Assembly (NCBI GenBank): GCA_038858525.1
Contig: JAWCFL010000004.1
Coordinates: 30,001 to 62,000 of the forward strand
Source: Candidatus Jordarchaeales archaeon
Lineage (GTDB): Archaea > Asgardarchaeota > Jordiarchaeia > Jordiarchaeales > Freyrarchaeaceae
Length of the DNA: 32,000 nucleotides
Reading direction: 5' to 3'
Shown here in pieces: positions 8,423-16,083 of this stretch. The position numbers were made by a program, and so were the translations under genes. Under the pieces are notes generated by a model. It had not been told where the DNA came from. It worked only from the letters and a program-made list of their open reading frames with translations, and ran no database searches. Each line of letters begins with the position of its first letter. The stretch's first letter is position 1.

Positions 8423-9484
8423 ATGTCGCTTACCCTCGTTTACAATGAATTATATGGCTCTCTTCATGTCCCGTTATTCCTTAAGCCTTGGATGGAGAGC
8501 TTTGAGCGTCCTGAAAGAGTGTCGCTGACGATGTGCAAGTTAAGGGGGTACGGGCTTCTAGAGTACTTAAACGTTGTTTCCCCGCATCCAGCCTCGAAGG
8601 AGGACATATTAAGCGTTCATAGTCCATATCTTTATGACTTAGTGAGAGAACTCTCCAAGTTTGAAAGGGGAGAGGTGGGCTCGTCCAGCTTCACGTCTAA
8701 GGATACGTTTAGGCTTGCCTGTCTGGCTGCTGGGGGTGCTATAGAAGCAGTCGACTTGGTTTTGGAGGGGAAATGTCGTAGCTCGTTGGCATTGGTTCGT
8801 CCTCCGGGGCATCATGCTGGTCAAAGTCACGCTTCAGGGCTCTGTTTTTTTAATAACGCGGCTGTGGCTGTAAAAAGTCTTCAGCGTAGAGGAGTTAGAA
8901 AGGTGCTGATTTTGGACGTTGATAGTCATCCAGGTGATGGGACCGCGCAGATATTCTACTCGGACCCCTCTGTTCTGGTTCTTTCCTTTCACGAGTATGA
9001 CCAAGAGGTCGCGGGCGCCGGGTGGCTGGACGAAAAAGGATATGAAAAGGGGGAAGGCTACACGATAAACATCCCGCTACCCTTAGGGCTTCGAGGAAAA
9101 CCTTACTTATGGGTTTTCGAGAGGGTTTTTCATAACGTGGCAGAATGGTTTAAACCCGACTTCGTAGTCGTGTCGCTCGGCTTAGACACGCACTACGATG
9201 ACCCCGTCGGAAATCTTTTCCTCCAAGCGTTAGACCATGCCGAGATCACCGGGCACATACTCTCAATCGCTGATGAATACTGCAGAGGCCGCGTCTCCTT
9301 CATACTTGAGGGAGGATATAGCTTACTCGCTCTCCCCCTCTCTGTGGCTGCTGTAATATCACGTATAGTGGACTCAAAAATAGAGTACTACGATGAAATC
9401 GAGCGTGGCGGTTCTCCCCCCCAACACCTCAAGCGCCTCGTAGCATCTTTACTTGACCGTATCAGTAGCTACACTGGTCCTTAG
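8423..9484 (+). CDS. Histone deacetylase family (class II-like acetylpolyamine/protein deacetylase)
   Basis: RPPGHHA, GLCFFNN, DVDSHPGDGT, SLGLDTH..DP and LEGGY are intact. ATG 8423 follows GAGGAGG. Confidence 0.93.
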   Translation: MSLTLVYNELYGSLHVPLFLKPWMESFERPERVSLTMCKLRGYGLLEYLNVVSPHPASKEDILSVHSPYLYDLVRELSKFERGEVGSSSFTSKDTFRLACLAAGGAIEAVDLVLEGKCRSSLALVRPPGHHAGQSHASGLCFFNNAAVAVKSLQRRGVRKVLILDVDSHPGDGTAQIFYSDPSVLVLSFHEYDQEVAGAGWLDEKGYEKGEGYTINIPLPLGLRGKPYLWVFERVFHNVAEWFKPDFVVVSLGLDTHYDDPVGNLFLQALDHAEITGHILSIADEYCRGRVSFILEGGYSLLALPLSVAAVISRIVDSKIEYYDEIERGGSPPQHLKRLVASLLDRISSYTGP

Positions 9485-9832
9485 CTCAGCTGCAACTCTT
9501 TCAGCAAGCTTCTCCATGTTCCTGACAACTTCATCTATCTCATTCCTCGCTGCGCCCTCTAAATGTACGCCTCCGACCGCCACCACTACTTTACCAGTCG
9601 CCTTGGCAACTTTTTCCGTCATGATACGTGTAAGCACATCGTCTCTGTGATATGGAAGCGTTATGGTTGAAGTTGAGACAGACCACTCATTATCCTTCTG
9701 CTTGTAGGGCACCGCTACGGAGACCGCCCCAATATGTGTTTCATCCCCACCACCTATGCAGAAAACTAATCCGTCTCCCAACTTTACTAGACTACACCAA
9801 ACTGCTGTCCGTCCTTTACCTTCAAACCACAT
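9449..9832 (-). CDS. LpdD-like (prenylated-flavin chaperone-like) small protein
   Basis: GGG..THIGAV, HRDD and GGVHL..A...EI motifs recalled for the LpdD family. The 3' end overlaps the convergent HDAC gene by 36 nt. Confidence 0.7.
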   Translation of the reverse strand: MWFEGKGRTAVWCSLVKLGDGLVFCIGGGDETHIGAVSVAVPYKQKDNEWSVSTSTITLPYHRDDVLTRIMTEKVAKATGKVVVAVGGVHLEGAARNEIDEVVRNMEKLAERVAAELRTSVATDTVK

Positions 9833-9845
9833 CCGTTCACGCTCC

Positions 9846-11762
9846 CTACTCTATGACGCCCATCCTCCTAGCCGTTGATGCAAGCTCAAGCTCAACAAGT
9901 TTACTCTCGGTTGGCACCCCGCTTTCAGGATCCCATCCTCGCTCAGCATAGTAGTCGTCGAGAAGTTTCTCGGCGTCATCAACCCCTATCCTCTTACTTC
10001 TGTAATAATCCATGAGCGTCATCGTTATGTTGCCCCCTCTAAGCGGCTCCTTTAGCCACCGCTCAGGGAAAGCGTCATCTCTCCTAGAAAACCCTTCCCG
10101 TACATTAAGTAACTTTAGAAGGTTCCAAACACGCTCTCCAGTTTTTATGAGTTTCTTTGGCGGCATCTTTATTCCTGTAGCTGAAGCGTAAAGCTCAGCC
10201 AGAGAGAAAACCGAGTATCCTTGAGTTATTGGCTGACGGCAACAAACTCCTAGTGACGTAAGAAGCGCGTACCAGTCTTCAACGTAACGCGTCATCCTTG
10301 CAACGTTAAAGTAAGGCACGAATATTCTTCTTATAGCATCCTTAGGGACTCCTATCCGGTCACAGAACTTTTTTAGCTTGCTAGTGCTGGCGCCAATCAT
10401 GAATGTTGGAGAAAAGCCTGGAATATAATGTCCCCCCATCGGATTAACTATTACTTCGAACGCCTCAGTGCCAAAGTTAAACCGTCCATCAAGCGGAGGG
10501 TCCATGCCCTTAACGTTAACTACTTCTTCGATAAGGCCTCTACCAAACTTCGCAGCAGCCCTCACGGGCCCCTCAGCTAAAATGCCGCCCAACCCATCTC
10601 TTAAAGAAACCGCTCTGATCAGATTCACTGTCTCCTCGAAGCCGTCATCACCGAACTCAACTTTCACGTAACCTTTCCTTCTTAGAACTCTAACTAACTC
10701 TACCGTGGAAGCTAGCGTAGTATAATCTATTCCATACTTGTTAGCTAGATAGTAGCAGTAAGCAATTTTTCCGCCGTCACCAACTTTGCAGCGCGCCCCG
10801 AAGGCATAGGCAGGCCCAAAGAACTGAGACATGCACACTTCTCCCTCCTCTACTCCTGTGAATTTCGCGATAAGCCTGTCTCCAACGGGGCAAGAAGGGC
10901 AGGACAGCGTTTTCTCTTTAACTTTTTCAACAAAAACTTTTGGTCCAAACAGCGTTTCAGCCTCCTTCCCTGGCATGAGCCCCCTCCATCCGTCGCACGG
11001 CCACGCCTTTATCAGCCCTGTTCTAAACTCCCAGCATGTCATCGAGCCAAATCTGACCCACATGTCGTAGTGAGGATTACTACATATCTCTTCAACAGTT
11101 ACTAATGCCTTTTCAGAAAAGGCTTTTTCATCAGCTACCTCCACTCCTCCTTCCCCCCTAACAACTACTGCCTTCAGGTTCTTAGACCCCATAACGGCGC
11201 CCATCCCCCCTCTTCCAAGACTCGAGCACGAGTCCATTATGGCAACGGAAAACCTAACCAGTTTCTCCCCAGCTCTCCCAATAGTCAAAACCCCACATGG
11301 CCCATACCGCCCCTGCAGTTCCTCTGTGACATCGTAAACGTCTCGCCCCCAAAGGTCCCCTGCATCCAGAATCTCCGCACCACCATCAAAGACATCCAAG
11401 TACACTGGCTTCTTAGAGCGTCCCTTAATCACCACATGGTCGTAGCCTGCCGCCTTCATCATGAGCCCGAACACCACCCCCCCAGAGGCAAAGCCATATG
11501 TTTCCGTGAGCGGGAACTTACAGACCGCTGAAACCCTTACTGCTCCAGGCGCCATAGTGCCAACAAGCGGGCCAACACCAAGCACCAGGTAAGCGTCAGG
11601 AGAATACGGGTGAACCCAACGCTCAGTAAGATCCGATGCAAGCTTCAAGTTCCCCCCTAACCCGCCGAGGAAAAAATCGATAAGTGACTCGCTCAACTCG
11701 ACGCTTTTCACCTTTCTCTTCGAAAGGTCAACCATAAGAATTCTACCAGCGTAACCGTACAC
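9846..11762 (-). CDS. aor: Tungsten-dependent aldehyde:ferredoxin oxidoreductase family protein (variant active site)
   Basis: YAGRIL.VDLS, GRGGMGAVMGSKNLKAV, CxxC, G.SR.DD.FPER and DDYY..RGWD..G.PT motifs. GTG start with GAGGTG SD. Confidence 0.92.
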   Translation of the reverse strand: MYGYAGRILMVDLSKRKVKSVELSESLIDFFLGGLGGNLKLASDLTERWVHPYSPDAYLVLGVGPLVGTMAPGAVRVSAVCKFPLTETYGFASGGVVFGLMMKAAGYDHVVIKGRSKKPVYLDVFDGGAEILDAGDLWGRDVYDVTEELQGRYGPCGVLTIGRAGEKLVRFSVAIMDSCSSLGRGGMGAVMGSKNLKAVVVRGEGGVEVADEKAFSEKALVTVEEICSNPHYDMWVRFGSMTCWEFRTGLIKAWPCDGWRGLMPGKEAETLFGPKVFVEKVKEKTLSCPSCPVGDRLIAKFTGVEEGEVCMSQFFGPAYAFGARCKVGDGGKIAYCYYLANKYGIDYTTLASTVELVRVLRRKGYVKVEFGDDGFEETVNLIRAVSLRDGLGGILAEGPVRAAAKFGRGLIEEVVNVKGMDPPLDGRFNFGTEAFEVIVNPMGGHYIPGFSPTFMIGASTSKLKKFCDRIGVPKDAIRRIFVPYFNVARMTRYVEDWYALLTSLGVCCRQPITQGYSVFSLAELYASATGIKMPPKKLIKTGERVWNLLKLLNVREGFSRRDDAFPERWLKEPLRGGNITMTLMDYYRSKRIGVDDAEKLLDDYYAERGWDPESGVPTESKLVELELASTARRMGVIE

Positions 11763-11949
11763 TCATCTTCACCTCATTATTAGCTAAGCTAGCAATGGCT
11801 CCCCTCAGAAGCCCCAATACATCCACAGCCTCAAGAAACATTCAGATGACCACCCTCAACTTCGACCAGTAGCCTGACCAACAATAAACTCCCAGCCAAC
11901 AAAAAACAGAAAACTAAAAAAGATTTCTCTCATAATCAAATGCTAAATG

Positions 11950-11981
11950 TAAATGCATAACAAGTTAAATGCATAACAAGT
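11950..11981. repeat. Perfect tandem direct repeat, 2 x 16 bp (TAAATGCATAACAAGT)
   Basis: Copies at 11950-11965 and 11966-11981, with a partial TAAATG at 11944-11949; upstream of aor. Confidence 0.9.
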
Positions 11982-12216
11982 AAAACCCACCACTTAGCGC
12001 AGTTAAACAAAAGGAGAACGGGACAGTTCACATGTTTTCGCTCTCCTCCTTGTCTATTAGTTACGTATTCAACGTCTCCCCCCCTAATGTAGAGGGCGGC
12101 AAGTCGGACCTGCACCCTCACTTAGGGAACAGAAGCCATAAAGGCTATACTAGAAAACGTCTAGAGTTCATCTACCTTGAAAACTGCTGACAAAAAGCAA
12201 GGAAAACATGGAATAA

Positions 12217-12354
12217 TGGTGGACCCCGCGGGATTTACTCAACCTTTTTTCTGGGTTTTTGAATTCGCGGCCCTCTTCAGGGCACCCGCGGCCTCCCGGG
12301 TGCGAACCGGGTGCTCATGGCGCCACAGGCTCTACCAGGCTGAGCTAGGGGCCC
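12217..12354 (-). tRNA. tRNA-Ala(CGC) with three introns (22/23: 12331-12316; 53/54: 12284-12264; 58/59: 12258-12235); CCA encoded
   Basis: Spliced 77-nt sequence: GGGCCCC TA GCTC AGCCTGGTA GAGC A CCCGG TT CGC AC CCGGG AGGCC GCGGG TTCAAAT CCCGC GGGGTCC A CCA. It has the G3:U70 Ala identity pair and A73, and a BHB central helix at each junction. Confidence 0.93.
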
Positions 12355-12384
12355 ACCATCAAGAATTACCCATTAAAAAGAACA

Positions 12385-12398
12385 TATTTAACTTTATC
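12385..12398 (-). promoter_or_regulatory. BRE/TATA promoter of tRNA-Ala(CGC)
   Basis: Minus strand GATAAAG-TTAAATA, 31-37 nt upstream of G1, consistent with a short 5' leader. Confidence 0.5.
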
Positions 12399-12623
12399 TC
12401 CTCTCTCACTAAATGGGATAATTTATTTGATGACTCTTCTCTTTTGCAGTGATTAATCCTGCTAGTGAAACTCTCTTCGCGCGGCTTCATTGAATAAGCC
12501 TAGAAGAAGAGATTTTTCTTTGTGAGAACGCTTTTGGAAACGTTAAAGTTAAATATTGAGAGTATTCCAAACTACCTCCGTTACTCCAAATGGATAAATT
12601 TTCTAAAAGAGAGGCGACTTGAA

Positions 12624-12887
12624 ATGTCGGATCCCACTATTCTTCATGGCTTGCTCTTGGCTCTTACCATAGTGCTTGCAGTGATCGCCGTTGAAGTTAA
12701 GCGTCTTGACTACGCTGTGATATCTTTCGCTGGCATGTGCATAGTGCTAGGAGTCCTCTTCTACTTGCTATTCGCTCCTTGGGTCGCAGTGCTCCAACTA
12801 GTGATCTTTGCAGGCGCCATAGCCGTCCTTCTCTTAGTGACAATTAACGTCGCCCGAGAACCTGTGGAGCGTGAGGAGGATGAGTGA
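12624..12887 (+). CDS. nuoJ: Complex I-like membrane subunit, NuoJ N-terminal half (MbhD-like)
   Basis: Three TM helices and LFAPWVAVLQLVIFAGAIAVL (NuoJ A..QvlvYaGAi motif). ATG 12624 follows GAGAGG. Confidence 0.8.
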   Translation: MSDPTILHGLLLALTIVLAVIAVEVKRLDYAVISFAGMCIVLGVLFYLLFAPWVAVLQLVIFAGAIAVLLLVTINVAREPVEREEDE

Positions 12888-13197
12888 TATACGAAAAACC
12901 ATTTTGAAGGTTGCTAGGATCCTTTCAGGCATAGTCCTTGCCGGCGCGGTTACACTATTTCTAATTAAAGCCCTATGGCTTACTCCCTTCTCGTATCAGG
13001 TGTTCGCTTACACCGTGGACTTACTTATGCCAAACGTAGACATAACCGAGATTCCGGTAACTCAGATAGGGTTCTACGAAGGAGTCTACATGTGGTCCAT
13101 GAGGCTCATAGATACAGTGTTCCAAGGCGTAGCAATAGTCGCAGCCGCTATAAGTGCAGCTATACTGTTTAGAGTGGAAAAGGAACGGGAGAGGTGA
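12880..13197 (+). CDS. Complex I-like membrane subunit, NuoJ C-terminal half (MbhE-like)
   Basis: Two hydrophobic segments and MW..R.IDTVFQG..I. Overlaps the previous gene, with SD GAGGAGG. Confidence 0.65.
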   Translation: MSDIRKTILKVARILSGIVLAGAVTLFLIKALWLTPFSYQVFAYTVDLLMPNVDITEIPVTQIGFYEGVYMWSMRLIDTVFQGVAIVAAAISAAILFRVEKERER

Positions 13198-13203
13198 AAA
13201 AGA

Positions 13204-13638
13204 ATGGCTATACCTATCTCCCCAGGTTTATACCTTGGGGTTGCAGCCGTGCTGTATGGTATAGGCCTCTATACTGTGGCAACAAAGAGGAACCTGATCA
13301 AGATAGTGATCGGAATAGAAATACTCGTTAACGCAGCCCACATAAACCTCATAGCGCTATCGGCATACAGGTGGATCATACAGTGGACGCAAGGGGTTTA
13401 CGCCCTCCTATATAACTCAGGCTTCACGGATCCTGTATCCCTAACCTTATACGGTGGCTTCCTCATCAACACCTTACAGTACAATCCGTTATTCGTTGAT
13501 CCTCTCGCCCACTCCATAGTTATGACTTCGATAGTGCTGGCAAGCTGTGTGACCGCTGTGGCCTTAGCATTCGTCGTCGCTCTCTACAGGCATTACGGGA
13601 CGTTAGACGTCCAAAAAATGAGAAGACTAAAATGGTGA
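13204..13638 (+). CDS. nuoK: NuoK/MrpC-like subunit with a loop insertion
   Basis: GLYTVATKRNLIKIVIGIEILVNA and A..TAVALAFVVALYRHYGTLDV..MRRLKW. Confidence 0.9.
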   Translation: MAIPISPGLYLGVAAVLYGIGLYTVATKRNLIKIVIGIEILVNAAHINLIALSAYRWIIQWTQGVYALLYNSGFTDPVSLTLYGGFLINTLQYNPLFVDPLAHSIVMTSIVLASCVTAVALAFVVALYRHYGTLDVQKMRRLKW

Positions 13639-13655
13639 ATGGAGGGTTGTGAAAA

Positions 13656-16067
13656 ATGCTGCCCAACGCAGCTTGGTTATGCTGGATAATCCCCATGATC
13701 GGCGCAGCTCTAATACCCCTCTTCGCGAAAATACACCCAAAAGTTAGAGATGTACTAGCAGTCCTCTTCCCAGCGGCGGCAGCGGTCTTCGCCGTCTCTA
13801 TGATCCCCGACATATTGAGCGGCTTCACGATACTTTCACAGCCCGAAATACTGATAGGAGAAAGCCCCATACCCTGGGACATAACACAGACAATAACTAT
13901 TCAGGGAGTAAGCATACCCGTAACTCTACGGTGGATCTCGCTTCTACCCTATGACGCGAAAGTGCTTTGGATACCTTGGCTTCCAGTTCAGCCTCCAATA
14001 GAATTCTGGCAGGCGCCGTATGCCTTCATGATACCTCGCGGCATCTACGCGGGTGTTCTGGTGGACCCACTAAGCGTCTTCATGGCTTGCGTCGTAACCT
14101 GCATAGGCTTCCTCATAATGGTCTTCTCACTGGGATACATGCACGGAGACCCTGACCTCACCCGCTACTGGTTCTTCATGAACTTCTTCATAGGCGGAAT
14201 GACGATGCTCGTGATCGCCGACAACCTCCTGCAGCTCTTCATAGGCTGGGAGATAGTCGGTCTATGCAGCTGGGCGCTGATAGGGTTCTGGCACAAGAAA
14301 GAGGAGCCATGCACAGTGCCGAAAGACACCCCCGAGTACAGGCCAACCGAGGGCGAGTATAACGCCCTTTGCGGCATGAAAGCATTCATAACGACAAAAA
14401 TAGGAGACATAGCATTGCTCATAGCAATAGCGGTAATATTCTTCTTCTCAGGAACATTCAACTTAGTTCAGTTGCAGCAGAACGCCGCCATAAACTTCGC
14501 GGCAGGCAACATCGGCTGGGTCACGGACCTAGCAGTTAGAGGCCTACTACCAACGGTAGCCCTTCTGCTCTTCGGCGGACCAGTAGCCAAGTCAGCTCAG
14601 TTCCCGCTGCACGAATGGTTACCCGAAGCAATGGCTGGGCCAACGACGGTTTCAGCACTCATACACGCCGCCACGATGGTTAAGGCAGGCGTGTATCTTG
14701 TGGCGCGCATGCTCCCCATATTCTACGGCTCCCAGCAAATACTACTAGAAGCAGCTCTTGAGCCTGCCAAGTACTCCTCAACGCTCGTGCTAACATCCGG
14801 GCAGTGGATTTTCCTATACACAGCCACCCAGTACGGCTTAAGCACCTTCTTTAACACCGTGGCGTCCATAGGGGTGTTCACGGCTTTCCTAGCAGCCACA
14901 ATGGGTGTAGTGTCAAGAGAACTCAAAAAAGTTCTCGCTTACTCCACCATCAGTCAGATCGGCTACATGATGCTTGCCCTGGGCGTCGTGGGCACGTCCA
15001 TGATGTCCGTTATAGGTTTCGCCGCAGGAACGTTCCACCTCATGGCCCACGCGATCTTCAAAGCGCTCTTGTTCCTCTGTGCTGGAGCAGTACTTCATGC
15101 CGTTGAAACCAAAGACATGTTCGAGATGGGCGGCCTCAAACAGAAGATGCCTATAACATATGCATGCATGGTCGTAGGCGGCCTCTCACTAGCAGGCTTC
15201 CCCGGCTTTGCAGGCTTCTTCAGCAAGGAAGCAATATTTGGAGCCACGCTCAAAGCGAACCAGCTTGCAATGTACGTGCTAGCAGCAGTGGTAGTGGCGA
15301 TAACAACCTTCTACACGTTCAGAATGATAGGCTTAGTTTTCCACGGGGAGCCAAGCAGCCACGTCAAAAAGATCGAGGAAGAACACGGCCCAGTAAAAGA
15401 GGCGCCGCCAGTCATGTGGGTGCCTCTCGTAATCCTAGCGGCAGCGACGCTGGCGGCAGGGTGGCTTGAACCCCTCTTCAGACAGTTCTTCCTTGGACCA
15501 ATAGGAGTCTACCTGTTCGAGGCAGAATACGTTCACCCAGTACTCTTGGGAGGCCTCTCGTTCTCCGAGTACCCGCACTTCGTCATTAGCCAAGTCCTAA
15601 CTCACGAGCAGGTCGTGCTCCTCGAAGTCTACGAGTACCTGCACTTGACCACGTATAGCGGCTGGTTCTCGGAGCTCGCCGGTGCATGGATGAGCATAGT
15701 TGTATCCCTCGGGTTATTCGCCGTTGGCTTTGTCCCAGCTTGGCATTACTACGTGGCGAGGCGCGGAGACCCGTCTAAGATAACGAGCAACAAAGTTGGC
15801 GGCGCAATCTGGAGGTTCCTATGGAACCGCTGGTACATCAACCAGATATACTACTTAGTCTTCGTCGACGGCTTCCTGAAGCTTGCATCAGCAATGTACA
15901 GCTACGTGGAGAGAGGACTTGACCGCTTAAACTACGTGGCAGCTGCTGTCACGGTCAAATTATCCGATTCGTTCAGGAAGACACAGACAGGCATCGCATA
16001 CGTGAACATAATGTACCTGTTGCTCGGCGTCTTGGTGTTCATGTTCCTGTTATTAGTGTTCTGGTAA
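13656..16067 (+). CDS. nuoL: NuoL-like antiporter subunit (complex I type, with C-terminal lateral helix and last TM)
   Basis: LFIGWEIVGLCSWALIGFW, KSAQFPLHEWLP.AM.GPTTVSALIHAATMVKAG, HAIFKALLFL and C-terminal RWYINQIY...QTG. Confidence 0.95.
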   Translation: MLPNAAWLCWIIPMIGAALIPLFAKIHPKVRDVLAVLFPAAAAVFAVSMIPDILSGFTILSQPEILIGESPIPWDITQTITIQGVSIPVTLRWISLLPYDAKVLWIPWLPVQPPIEFWQAPYAFMIPRGIYAGVLVDPLSVFMACVVTCIGFLIMVFSLGYMHGDPDLTRYWFFMNFFIGGMTMLVIADNLLQLFIGWEIVGLCSWALIGFWHKKEEPCTVPKDTPEYRPTEGEYNALCGMKAFITTKIGDIALLIAIAVIFFFSGTFNLVQLQQNAAINFAAGNIGWVTDLAVRGLLPTVALLLFGGPVAKSAQFPLHEWLPEAMAGPTTVSALIHAATMVKAGVYLVARMLPIFYGSQQILLEAALEPAKYSSTLVLTSGQWIFLYTATQYGLSTFFNTVASIGVFTAFLAATMGVVSRELKKVLAYSTISQIGYMMLALGVVGTSMMSVIGFAAGTFHLMAHAIFKALLFLCAGAVLHAVETKDMFEMGGLKQKMPITYACMVVGGLSLAGFPGFAGFFSKEAIFGATLKANQLAMYVLAAVVVAITTFYTFRMIGLVFHGEPSSHVKKIEEEHGPVKEAPPVMWVPLVILAAATLAAGWLEPLFRQFFLGPIGVYLFEAEYVHPVLLGGLSFSEYPHFVISQVLTHEQVVLLEVYEYLHLTTYSGWFSELAGAWMSIVVSLGLFAVGFVPAWHYYVARRGDPSKITSNKVGGAIWRFLWNRWYINQIYYLVFVDGFLKLASAMYSYVERGLDRLNYVAAAVTVKLSDSFRKTQTGIAYVNIMYLLLGVLVFMFLLLVFW

Positions 16068-16083
16068 AAGGGAGGCGGAGAAA

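Noticed and set aside
8423-9484. HDAC as another pseudoenzyme
   Set aside because: The His-His dyad, Zn ligands (DxH, D) and catalytic Tyr are all present.
12082-12131. Assignment of the hairpin as an H/ACA guide or SECIS element
   Set aside because: No K-turn/K-loop, pocket-to-ACA spacing is too short (about 11 nt), and no recognisable SECIS motif or in-frame Sec gene nearby.
8323-12234. ATCCCGCGGGG shared by the two tRNA 3' ends as possible att sites
   Set aside because: Copies are in opposite orientation and explained by ordinary T-arm/acceptor similarity; no integrase or foreign genes lie between them.
6016-12354. Split/trans-spliced or permuted tRNA interpretation
   Set aside because: All exons are collinear and in normal order within each locus, with cis BHB motifs.
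12177-12452. 91-aa ORF in the track
   Set aside because: Antisense to tRNA-Ala(CGC); spurious.
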